The notes below the pieces were generated by a model. That model did not search any database and was not told where the DNA came from. It was given only the letters and a program-made list of their open reading frames with translations. A DNA stretch of 64,000 nt from an uncultured bacterium (GTDB taxonomy: Bacteria > Patescibacteriota > Minisyncoccia > UBA6257 > 2-01-FULL-56-20), in contig CAWJQC010000008.1 in NCBI GenBank assembly GCA_963844965.1, positions 92,185 through 156,184 on the forward strand, read 5' to 3'. Of this stretch, positions 38,276 through 47,653 are shown one piece after another (within the stretch, counting starts at the first letter, position 1; each line of letters begins with the position of its first letter). A program made the translations under genes and the position numbers.

Positions 38276-39622
38276 TTACGCTTTTATCACTCCTCCACCG
38301 CAACTTCGTGCGCCGGGATCAAAGCCTGGGTCGGTCGGCAGGGTAAAATGCAAAACGGTGCCGCGTCCGAGCTCAGAATCGGCCCAGATCTTGCCGCCGT
38401 GCGCCTGAATGATGTTTTTTGCGATGTAAAGTCCCAAGCCGGAACCCTCGGTTTTGGTCTTGAGAGCATTGTCCGCGCGGAAAAACTTTTTGAAAAGCTT
38501 GTCCATGTCTTGCGGCGCTATGCCAATACCGGTGTCCCTTACGCTTATCTCCACGAAGGGCTCATCTATGACTTTGTCTATTTTAACCGTAACCTCGCCT
38601 CCTTCAACGTTATAGCGAACGGCGTTCTCTAAGATATTATTGACGGCCAGCAACAATTTTTGCGAATCTATCATGAGCTTCGGAAGCGGCGCTTTCGGTT
38701 TTTCAAAATAAATCTTTATGCCCGCGCGCCGCGCGACGGGGATAGCCTGCAGAAGAATTCCGTTCACGAAATCAACCGCATCGGCTTCTTCAAAATTGTA
38801 ACCGAAGCGCCCTTCTTCGATTTTCGCGATATTAAGTAGGTCCTCTACTATTTTTAGAAGTTCCTTCCCCGCTGCGAGCGAATTGCCGACAACGTTTTTT
38901 GACTCCCCGCTCAGGGTCTTGTCGCTGGCTAAAACCTCTAAACCCCAGTTTAATTCCGTAACTGGCGTCCGGAGCTGATGCGAAGCAACTGTCAAGAATT
39001 CATTCTTTGAACGGATGAGTGACAGCTCCCGCGTGCGATCGTGAATGATCTTCATAAAACCCAAAAGCTTTCCGTTCTCGTCGTTAACCGGCAAGGTTGA
39101 CACACGAAGGTCCAAAACCGGCTCGGCAAAAGAAAGATCGGCAACTTGAGGATACTGGCCGGCCACGGAACGGCTTGTGATTTCGGGGGCAAGAGACGGA
39201 AAAATGACCTGCGTAAGCAATTTTAGAGGCGGCTTTTCAGTGTCTTGAGGGGTAAACTCGTGATTCACGACAGTTTTGGAATCCAGCTTGAAAAGCCGCT
39301 CCGCCACGGGGTTAAAAAATAATATTTTAAAATCGTTATCGTAAACGACCAAAGCGTCCTCCAGGCCGGACAGAACACTTTTGAACTGATTCCGTTCTAC
39401 TTTATTTTTCCTTTCAATATCAGCCACGCGGTAAACCAACGCGAACGTGAGCGCCGCCGTGATAACAATCAGACCGCCCTGGAGAATGATGAACCCGAGA
39501 GACAAACTGTAGCCGGCGGCAAAAACGAACGCGAGGAGTATTAAAATCGGCCAAACGCCGCGAAGCTCTGGCCAAGAAATGACCTCTCTTATTTTTTTGA
39601 AGCTGAAAATTTCTCCGCTCAC
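38276..39622 (-). CDS. PAS-domain sensor histidine kinase (2 TM)
   Basis: HisKA H-box (…ASHQLRTPVTEL…) and HATPase_c motifs (…RDTGIGI…GGLGLGLYIA…). Confidence 0.85.
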   Translation of the reverse strand: MSGEIFSFKKIREVISWPELRGVWPILILLAFVFAAGYSLSLGFIILQGGLIVITAALTFALVYRVADIERKNKVERNQFKSVLSGLEDALVVYDNDFKILFFNPVAERLFKLDSKTVVNHEFTPQDTEKPPLKLLTQVIFPSLAPEITSRSVAGQYPQVADLSFAEPVLDLRVSTLPVNDENGKLLGFMKIIHDRTRELSLIRSKNEFLTVASHQLRTPVTELNWGLEVLASDKTLSGESKNVVGNSLAAGKELLKIVEDLLNIAKIEEGRFGYNFEEADAVDFVNGILLQAIPVARRAGIKIYFEKPKAPLPKLMIDSQKLLLAVNNILENAVRYNVEGGEVTVKIDKVIDEPFVEISVRDTGIGIAPQDMDKLFKKFFRADNALKTKTEGSGLGLYIAKNIIQAHGGKIWADSELGRGTVLHFTLPTDPGFDPGARSCGGGVIKA

Positions 39623-39629
39623 TTTAGTA

Positions 39630-42151
39630 TCATAATTTTTCCATATTCCCCCAGTCCTTCCCGCAGGAAACGTTCACCACAAGCGGCACTTTCAGGGTGT
39701 ATATTTTTTCCATTGTGCCTCCAATCAGCTCTGCAGTTTCTCTTATCTTATCATCGCGGACCTCGAACAGCAATTCATCGTGAATAGAGAGAATCAATCG
39801 CGCGCCAGCGCCCCAAATCCCGGCCTCTTCCAAAACCTTACGCGATCTAATCATTGACATTTTTATAATATCGGCGCCAAATCCTTGGATTGGAAAATTT
39901 ATCGCCGCCCGCTCCGCTTCGGAGACCAAGCGCGGCGAATCCGTGGCTGCACCGAAGAGATAGCGCCTCCGGCCGGTCGGCGTCCGCGCGAAACCGGAAG
40001 TTCTAACTTCACTTTTTATTTTCTCCTGCCAAACTTTTATCTGCGAAAATGCCTTAAAATACGCAGTGATGAATTCGCGTGCTTTTTCTGTTGTGAGGCC
40101 GCTCGTCCTTGCGAAAGACGGCGCCCCCATGCCATAGATCAGCCCGAAATTAAGTGTCTTCGCGAGACGCCGCTCAGCTGGACCGACCTTTTCAAGCGGA
40201 ATTCCAAAGACGCGCGAAGCGGTGACTTTATGGATATCCAGTCCCCTCTCAAAAGCTTTTATCATCTGCGAATCACCGGTAAGCGAGGCGAGGATGCGAA
40301 GTTCAATTTGGGAATAGTCAAAAGCGAGAAACGAAGAATCCCTTCGGCGCCTCAAAGGCCGCCCGCAGTTCCTTGGTCCAGATCGATTCCTGGGGAATGT
40401 TCTGCAAATTCGGCGTCTGCGAACTCAATCTGCCAGTAGCCGTTCCCGTCTGCACGAATTCCGTGTGAAGCCGTTTACCGGCTGAGAGTTCCAAAAGCGG
40501 GCGCGCGTATGTGGATAAAATCTTGAAATTCTCGCGATAATCCAAGAATCAAACCGACTATCTCGTGCGCCCCGCGCAATTCTTCCAAATTAGCCGCGCG
40601 CGTTGTGCGCATCCCGGTCTTCGTCCTCCGGACGCCATCACCGAGCCCCAGCTTGTCAAAGATAATCTCGCCGACTTTCTTGGGCGAATTGATGTTAAAT
40701 TCTTCTCCGGCAGCCGCGTAAATTTCTTTCGCGAGGCCGTCTAATTTTTTCGTGATTTTTTCTTCAAGCGTCGTGAGTTTCTCCAGCGAAATCAAAATGC
40801 CGTGGCTTTCCATTTCCGCCAAAATTCGCAGAAGCGGCATTTCAATTTCCTCAAAGACTTTAGCAAGGCCATACTCATTGATTTTTCTCGCGGCAAAATC
40901 ATACGCGTACTTCAAGTCGGCAATGTCACCTCTCCACTCTTTGTTAAAAAATTTCTTGAATACCGCCGGCGGCGCGTATTGCTTGAAATCCGGGTCAATC
41001 ATCCAGAAAGCGACGCCTAGGTCAAAGTACGGCGCGCTTAAATCTTTGCCTTGCCTCCATAGATTTTTGAGCGTTTTTTTCAGATCAAAACCGACTTTGG
41101 GTTTTGAAGAAAGATAAGCCGCAGAATATGCCTCGCCGTCTCTTATAAAAATAACTTCTTGTTTTTCGGCATTTTGCGCGACGGCTGAGCCGACTTCCGG
41201 CATGGGAAAAATCCGGCCCTGCTCGCCCCGTTTGCGGCGGACCATTGGGGCTGGCGTTTCCTTTCCCGGCTCGGGGACGTGCACCTCCATTCCACCCTCC
41301 AATCTCTTGAGTAGTGTCTCAAAACCGAGTTTTCGGAAATATGTTTTTATCGGGGAATAATTTTCTTCAATTTTCAGTTCATCAATGTTTTTTACCTCAA
41401 GCGGCACCCCCCGGTTGAGAATCACGAGGCTTCTCGCCAGTTCCGCTTCCTTCCTAAATTGACCCAATTTTTTCTCCAGCTTCGAATCGGCTGCCAAATT
41501 TTTATACGCGTTTTCAAGCGTCCCGAAGCGCTGAAGTAGTTCGGCGGCGGTCTTCGGACCGATCCCAGGAACGCCTTTTATGTTGTCGGATGTGTCGCCA
41601 ACGAGCGCTTTGTAATCAATAAGTTGCGGCGGCCGAAGGCCATAGCGTTCGCGCACGGCCTCTTCATCGTAGAGCATCGTCTCGCTCACGCCTTTTTTGA
41701 AGGTCCTCACCAAAATTTTTCCGTTCTCCACGAGCTGGAGAGTGTCCAGGTCACCGGTAAGTATTATAACTTTAATATCTTTTTCCTTGCTGAATTTCAC
41801 GGCGAGCGTCGCGATCAAATCGTCGGCTTCGTAGCCGGGAATTTCAAAAGTTTTTATGCCGAAGACGGAAAAAGATACGTGAGCATCGGCAAGCTGCGGC
41901 ACGAGATTGTCCGGCGTCGCCGGCCGCTGTGCTTTATACTCGGCATATTCTTTCTCGCGGAATGTCTGCTCCGGCCTGTCAAAAAGCGCCGCGACGTAGT
42001 CCGGTTTATCCTCGCGCCAAAGCTTAAGCAAGATGCTCGCTAAGCCGTAAATCGCATTTATCGGCCTACCGTCCAGGGTCGTGAGCGGCGGCAAAGCATG
42101 AAAGGAACGATGAATTATGGAGTTAGCGTCTATTAAAAGAAGGGTTTCCAC
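39630..42151 (-). CDS. polA: DNA polymerase I, split into three ORFs by two frameshifts (about 40475-40545 and about 40318-40355)
   Basis: 40475..42151 is the 5'-3' exonuclease domain (…GYEADDLIATLA…) plus the N-terminal part of the polymerase. 40318..40545 and 39630..40355 carry motif A (DYSQIELR), motif B (RRLAKTLNFGLIYG) and motif C (ILSIHDELLFEV). Confidence 0.85.
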
Positions 42152-42183
42152 TTCTTAATCATAAATGCGATACATGAATAAAA

Positions 42184-42215
42184 CAAAAAACCCGAGCGCG
42201 ACCTGCTCGGGGGTT
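42184..42215. terminator. bidirectional Rho-independent terminator
   Basis: AAAAAACCCGAGCgcgacctGCTCGGGGGTTT. Confidence 0.7.
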
Positions 42216-42227
42216 TACTGACAATAT

Positions 42228-42569
42228 TCACCTGGAAAACGATCCACCGCATCCGTGATTCTTGCTAACGTTGGGATTTATAAAAACAAACCCCTCGCAA
42301 TCGCCACCAGCCACATAGTCAATTCGCGCGTTATCCACATAACGTGCGCTGTCGGGGTCAACTCGGATTTCAACGCCGAAATACTCGCGTTGAAAATCTG
42401 TCGGGCGCGCTGGTTTTTTATCGTAAAGTATGCTGTAACCAAACTCCGCGCAACCGCTGTCCCGAGCAACAATTCTCATAACAGCGCCGGCCATGCCTTC
42501 TTTTTCCGCGATTCTTTTGAATTCAGCCGCAGCTCTTTCTGTCAGCTCAATTTGCATACGTTCCTCCAT
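42228..42569 (-). CDS. HesB/IscA-family iron-sulfur cluster insertion protein
   Basis: C-terminal …FINPNVSKNHGCGGSF (CGCG-like) motif. Confidence 0.75.
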   Translation of the reverse strand: MEERMQIELTERAAAEFKRIAEKEGMAGAVMRIVARDSGCAEFGYSILYDKKPARPTDFQREYFGVEIRVDPDSARYVDNARIDYVAGGDCEGFVFINPNVSKNHGCGGSFSR

Positions 42570-42635
42570 AAAATAAAACGGCTGGCATCATCGTAGCACG
42601 GCTAGCCAAAACGACAAGTCCGCCGGGGAAAAATT

Positions 42636-43097
42636 CTAAAATCTGATTGTTCTCTCGTTCTCTTTTGCACCGTGCGAGAAATAAATCCAAGTGGAGTTCT
42701 CGGGTAAAATCCTTTTAATATTGTCGGCCCATTCTATAAGAACTATGTTTTTGGAATCGGCAAAAATCTCTTTCAGCCCGAGCGCTGGAAGTTCGCACGG
42801 CTTTTTGATGCGGTAAGCATCAACGTGATGTAAATTTTCAATTTTCAATTTACAATTTTCAATTTTGAAACGGCGCATAATGATAAACGTTGGACTCGTT
42901 GTTTTTTTGCGAATTCCGAGACCGCGCAGAAAACCCTGAATAAAGGTGGTCTTCCCGCTGCCTAGGTCGCCTGCAAGCGCAAAAACAAGCGCACCACGCA
43001 GTTTGGAAATTGAAAATTGAAAATTGAAAATTCTCTTGGCAAGTTCACTGCCAAGGTTCTTCGTCTCTCGCGAAGAAAAGCTTTGATAGGTTTTCAT
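42636..43097 (-). CDS. tsaE: tRNA threonylcarbamoyladenosine biosynthesis protein TsaE (contains two in-frame inverted heptamer-repeat insertions)
   Basis: GDLGSGKTTF P-loop and …SPTF… motif. Confidence 0.75.
   Translation of the reverse strand: MKTYQSFSSRETKNLGSELAKRIFNFQFSISKLRGALVFALAGDLGSGKTTFIQGFLRGLGIRKKTTSPTFIIMRRFKIENCKLKIENLHHVDAYRIKKPCELPALGLKEIFADSKNIVLIEWADNIKRILPENSTWIYFSHGAKENERTIRF
42833..42867. repeat. heptamer array (AATTTTC)x5 inside tsaE
   Basis: aattttcaattttcaatttacaattttcaatttt; inverted relative to the 43006-43033 array. Confidence 0.8.
43006..43033. repeat. heptamer array (GAAAATT)x4 inside tsaE, the inverted partner of 42833-42867
   Basis: gaaattgaaaattgaaaattgaaaattc. 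Confidence 0.8.
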
Positions 43098-43623
43098 TTC
43101 TCTTTAATAAAAACATAATTATGGCGGTCAAGACAACTGCCGCGCCGAGCATCGTGCTCCAAAATTCAACCGTGCCAAGATTTTTGTTAAGCGAAGTGCC
43201 GACAGGATACGTATTGTGAAGTATGCTTGTGTTTAACAAAATCTTGTTCGCCGCGCCGGGCGTCGGATCGCTCCAGGCAAATTGCTGCGCCAAACTCTCG
43301 GGATTATAGCCAATCCTTGAAAAACTTTTTCCCTCAGGCGCGCTGCCCAAAAATCCCGATTCATCAACAAGTTTGCCAGTTGCATCATAAAGAAAAAGTT
43401 TTTCGTCAGTGTTTTTCAGAACCAGTTTTGTGTCGGTGCGCTTCAGAACCAGATACTCACCGGCGCCGATTGCGCCTTTTAAGTTGTATTTGCTGGTGCC
43501 TGTGGTTTTTATAGTCCAGCCGCCCAAACTCGCGGGCACATTGCCGTTATTGAACAATTCCACCCATTCGCCCGTCGCATCGTTCCCGACCGGATTTGGA
43601 AGCCATTCGTTGATGAAAATCAT
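43045..43623 (-). CDS. lamin-tail-domain (LTD) protein with C-terminal TM anchor
   Basis: MIFINEWLPNPVGNDATGEWVELFN is the LTD signature. Confidence 0.6.
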   Translation of the reverse strand: MIFINEWLPNPVGNDATGEWVELFNNGNVPASLGGWTIKTTGTSKYNLKGAIGAGEYLVLKRTDTKLVLKNTDEKLFLYDATGKLVDESGFLGSAPEGKSFSRIGYNPESLAQQFAWSDPTPGAANKILLNTSILHNTYPVGTSLNKNLGTVEFWSTMLGAAVVLTAIIMFLLKRNENLSKLFFARDEEPWQ

Positions 43624-43757
43624 ACCTCATACATTATTTGTAACACACGCGAATTGCAAGTCTCCCACGTAAACAAAAAACTAGAACAAATTTAAGATCT
43701 CGCAGAAGAAAAGTTTGACAAAAATTAAAATAACGACCGCCTGACCACAAGCGGCCG

Positions 43758-44258
43758 TTATCTAATCCAAAGTTCTCCACGCCTCACCACCTTATTAACA
43801 AGGAAAATGGCCTCTGTGCGATTACTGCGGACGTCCAGCCAGCGCTTTGCGAACTCCTCGCAAAGCGCCTCTTCAACCTTGCGCGGAGGAACCCATCTTC
43901 TTTCTGGCGGCTTTACAAGAATATCATAACCAAAAGTGTGGCAAAGTTCGTGACCGACGGTTTTGGCTATATAGTCAACGTCAAGCGGGGCATCAATGTC
44001 AAGCGGGGTAACAAGATCGAATTCTATCCAAAAACCTCCGTCTCTCCTTGGGCAAAGATGGCCTCCGCCACGAAAGTGCCCGGCTCTGCATCGTAAGTCG
44101 AGAAAATACAGACATCGTATATCCCGCTCTTTTAGTTGATCAACAACTGGCGCTGCGGGAAGAAAACCAAGAAACTTTTCTATCAACCGCGCATTCTCGG
44201 TATTGTCGGTGATATCCCCGGGATACCAAAACTGACGTCTCCGTTCATCAGACATCAA
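43758..44258 (-). CDS. putative HExxH metallopeptidase-like protein (hypothetical)
   Basis: HELCH motif; 166 aa. Confidence 0.35.
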   Translation of the reverse strand: MMSDERRRQFWYPGDITDNTENARLIEKFLGFLPAAPVVDQLKERDIRCLYFLDLRCRAGHFRGGGHLCPRRDGGFWIEFDLVTPLDIDAPLDVDYIAKTVGHELCHTFGYDILVKPPERRWVPPRKVEEALCEEFAKRWLDVRSNRTEAIFLVNKVVRRGELWIR

Positions 44259-44319
44259 CCAACCTCCTACAATCTGCTAGACAGAATGTAGCACAAGAAG
44301 TTGTGTAGACGCAAGACAA

Positions 44320-45315
44320 TTACAGTAAATCACCTCTCCTAACTATTCCCAAATGGTCGTACGCCGCCGGCAGAGCAATTCTGCCGGCCGACGAGCGCTG
44401 TAAAAAACCCAACGTCATCAAATATGGCTCGTAAATATCCTCAATTACGCCCTTTTCCTCGCTCAAAGCCGCGGAAAGCGTGTTTATTCCGACAGGTCCA
44501 CCGTTAAACTTCTTTATTATTGTCTCTAATAAACGCCTGTCCTGCGGTTCAAGCCCAAGGTCGTCAATTTCCAGCATTTCCAGGGTCTTTTTGGCCACTC
44601 CGGCGTCAACTATTTTCTTACCGTTCACCTCCGCGTAGTCGCGGGCGCGCTTCAAAAGCCGGTTTGCCACGCGCGGCGTGCCTCGCGAGGCCTTTGCCAA
44701 AATTTCCACCGAGGCGGGCTCAATCGAAACACCCAGAAGTTTCGCCGAGCGCGCAAGAATCTTCTTGATATCATCCTGCACATAATAATTCAAACGGAAC
44801 GTGGCGCCGAAACGGGAGCGTAGCGGTTGCGAGAGCAGGTTTTCCCTTGTCGTCGCGGCGATAAGCGTGAACGCCGGCAGGTCCAAACTCAAAGTCCGCG
44901 CTGAAGGACCTTTGCCGACGACAAGATGAAGCTTCCGCGACTCCATCGCCGGGTAAAGCACCTCCTCAATCAATGGATTAACTCTATGTGCCTCGTCTAT
45001 GAAAAGAATCTCGCCCGGTTCAAGATTCGTAAGTATCGCCGCGAGGTCACCAGCTTTCTCGAGCGCGGGCCCCGAGGTCGTCCGCACGCCACAGCCAAGT
45101 TCTTTTCCGACCAAATAGGCGAGCGTGGTCTTCCCGAGTCCCGCGGGACCGGAAAAAAGAAAATGATCCGCAGATTCTTTCCTTTTTTTCGCGGCGTCAA
45201 TGATAACACGAAGGTTGTTTTTTATTTTCTCCTGGCCAACGTACTCGTCCCACTTCGTGGGACGGAGGGCCTGATCAATACTCATATCCTCCTTTGTTTT
45301 GGCGTCAATTTTCAT
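44320..45315 (-). CDS. ruvB: Holliday junction DNA helicase RuvB
   Basis: LFSGPAGLGKTTLA Walker A, …ILFIDEAHRVN…, RuvB C-terminal winged helix. Confidence 0.9.
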   Translation of the reverse strand: MKIDAKTKEDMSIDQALRPTKWDEYVGQEKIKNNLRVIIDAAKKRKESADHFLFSGPAGLGKTTLAYLVGKELGCGVRTTSGPALEKAGDLAAILTNLEPGEILFIDEAHRVNPLIEEVLYPAMESRKLHLVVGKGPSARTLSLDLPAFTLIAATTRENLLSQPLRSRFGATFRLNYYVQDDIKKILARSAKLLGVSIEPASVEILAKASRGTPRVANRLLKRARDYAEVNGKKIVDAGVAKKTLEMLEIDDLGLEPQDRRLLETIIKKFNGGPVGINTLSAALSEEKGVIEDIYEPYLMTLGFLQRSSAGRIALPAAYDHLGIVRRGDLL

Positions 45316-45361
45316 GAAAATCTATAAAATTAGCCGCTTTCTTCTAAGGTATTGACAACAG

Positions 45362-45390
45362 ATAATTTTTATGCTAACATATGGCAGAAT
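45362..45390 (+). promoter_or_regulatory. near-consensus sigma70 promoter (TTGACA-17-TAACAT) with no downstream ORF
   Basis: attgacaacagataatttttatgctaacat. Confidence 0.5.
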
Positions 45391-45396
45391 GCTGGT

Positions 45397-45590
45397 TTTA
45401 CAAGGTTTTTAAGCTCCTTCAAATCTGGGGGCGGGAACGATCCTTAGCTACTCCAGGAAGGCGTGGTTTCGGCGACGCCTCTCCTCGGGATAATTCTAAC
45501 CTCTTTTGATTTTATTAAAAGAGAATCTTGTTCCGACTCCGGTCGGAGCATGCCCCCAGGTTTGAGGGAGTTTTGTTTTCAAAATTAAAT
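45397..45590 (+). ncRNA. candidate structured ncRNA: closing helix CTGGGGGC/GCCCCCAGG around three internal hairpins, then U-rich tail
   Basis: 45435-45442 pairs with 45562-45570. Internal hairpins GGCGTgg…ACGCC, CTCTTTTgattttattAAAAGAG and CCGACtccGGTCGG. Followed by TTTTGTTTTC. No ORF. Confidence 0.4.
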
Positions 45591-45670
45591 ATTAAAAACA
45601 AAAATTAAAGATATTATGATTTTTGATTTAATTCCTCGACCTTTGTATACTTATTTTTAATATTTGATTT

Positions 45671-47363
45671 TTAATCTGTCTGCTGTTTCCACTCTATCCT
45701 GCCGGTAACCGACTCCACTTCGTCAAAACTCGTTAAACCCTGAAGGACCTTCAGAATTCCGTCGGCTTGCATGCTCACCATTTCCTGGGAGTCCGCGAAT
45801 TTTTTCAGGGCCACCTCCGATGCCTCTTTCAGTATCACTTCTTCCAAGGCAATGCCTCCCTCCAAAAATTCGTACACTCCCACGCGGCCGCGGTAGCCGA
45901 GGCCGCTGCATTTCGCGCAACCGACTGGTTCGTAAACATTTATTTTCTCATATGCGGCCTGGTTCACCCGTTTCGGTAAATTATCCAAAAATTTTTGTAT
46001 CTTGGCTCGGAAGCCACCGTCCAACGCTTTCGCCTTCTTGCATTCGGCACAAAGGCGCCGCACGAGACGCTGGGCGATAATCAAATTGAGCGCCGGCCCG
46101 ATACTCACGGCTTTCACGCCCAAATTTATCAGGCGTGGGACGGCACCGACGGCATCATTCGTGTGAAGCGTTGAGAGGACCAGGTGGCCGGTAAGCGAGG
46201 CTTGAAGCGCAATATCCGCAGTATCCAAATCCCTGATCTCACCTACGAGAATTATGTCCGGGTCCTGACGCACGACCGCCCGCAACCCCTTCGCGAACGT
46301 ATAGCCGGCCTCGGAATCAACCTGCGTCTGTTCTATGCCCGGAATCCTGTACTCTATTGGATCTTCAAGGGTTATTATTTTTATTTCGGGGCTGTTAACC
46401 CTCTTCAAAAACGCGTAAAGGGTGGTGGTTTTCCCGGAGCCGGTGGGACCAGTGTTTAAAATAAGGCCGTTGGGCTTTTCTATTTGGCGATTTACAATAA
46501 CGAGGATCGTCTTCCCTTATGCCCAGCCCGCCGAGGTCAATCGCGATAACATCCGGGTCCAGGATCCGCAGGACAATGGTCTCGCCGAATTCCGCCGGTA
46601 TAACCGAGGCGCGAATTTCTATTTCCTTTTGCCCGAAACCTATCGTGAACCGACCGTCCTGTGACTCGCCTTTTATATTTATCTTCATTCCGGAGAGAAG
46701 CTTGAGGCGCGAAACCAAGGACTCGTAATTCTTAAGCGGCAACTCCTCGAAAATATCGTGCAACAAGCCGTCAACTCTGTAGCGCATGCGCGCGTTTTTC
46801 TCCCCGGCCTCAAAATGTATGTCGGACGCCTTAAGACCCATGGCGCCGGCCAGGACAACCTCGATAAGAGTGACCGGGGTCGTCTTTGTAAAATCCAATT
46901 TTCCTATTTCGCTTTTTACCGCGGAGAAATTAACGAGTATCGCGGAGAGTTCTTCAAGCCGCTTTTTTTCGATTTTCACCTTGCCGGTAATCTCTTCCGC
47001 CTCCGGTTTGACAAATTTATAAAAGCGCCAGGCGTCGCCGAGTCCCGAAAGTGACGTGACGAACGTTTTTACCTCGTATTTTTTATTTTCCAGGTCTTTG
47101 ATAATTTTTTGCACCGCGGGCGCGCGGGGATCGGCGGCGGCTAAAGCCACTCTCCTGACCTTGACCTCAATCGTTGCGACCCTCGCGCCGCGCGCCACAT
47201 CTTCCAGAACAAGTTTTAACGCGTCCGTGGAAACGGGGGTCTTGGATAAATCCACATAAGGAAACCCTGCGTCACTAGCCAAACGTTGCGCCGCCCGCTC
47301 CTCGCCTTCGCGGTGGAGAACGGTAAGTTTACTTTGCAGAACGGATGGCTTTTGAGGATCCAT
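45671..47363 (-). CDS. GspE/PilB-family secretion ATPase (type II/IV pilus assembly), split by one frameshift near 46500
   Basis: N-terminal GspII_E_N-like domain (…DAGFPYVDL…). The alternate frame supplies NTGPTGSGKTTTLYAFLKRVNSPE (Walker A). The C-part has the tetracysteine motif CAECKK…CAKC. Start ATG (plus cat 47361-47363) is inside MITE-like copy 2. Confidence 0.8.
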
Positions 47364-47483
47364 CCCGTTAGAAATAGGACGCGGATAAAGCCACCGCGCC
47401 ATTTTTAATTTTTTGTAGTGCTCTGACCATTTACAATGATTCTTCTATTTTGCAACGCATCCGCAATTTCTAACGGGATCCAT
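47359..47483 (-). mobile_element. MITE-like element copy 2 (TIR ATCCCGTTAGAAAT; perfect 5-bp direct repeat TCCAT/ATGGA) at the gspE/pilB start codon
   Basis: On the minus strand: ATGGA-TCCCGTTAGAAAT…ATTTCTAACGGG-ATGGA. Confidence 0.65.
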
Positions 47484-47556
47484 TTATCCTGATGTTAGCC
47501 CGCGAATGCTTTATTTACAAGGATTTTTGGGACATTCCTGTGTATATCTTTCGTGC

Positions 47557-47585
47557 TTGACAATACGCTTGTTTGGATATATAAT
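47557..47585 (+). promoter_or_regulatory. sigma70-like promoter (TTGACA-17-TATAAT)
   Basis: Upstream of the 47654 operon. Confidence 0.5.
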
Positions 47586-47653
47586 TAAAGTAGTTTAGTT
47601 GGCAGTAATACCAGCCGAGTTCATTGGCCGGAAATCACAAGGAGGATAGGACC

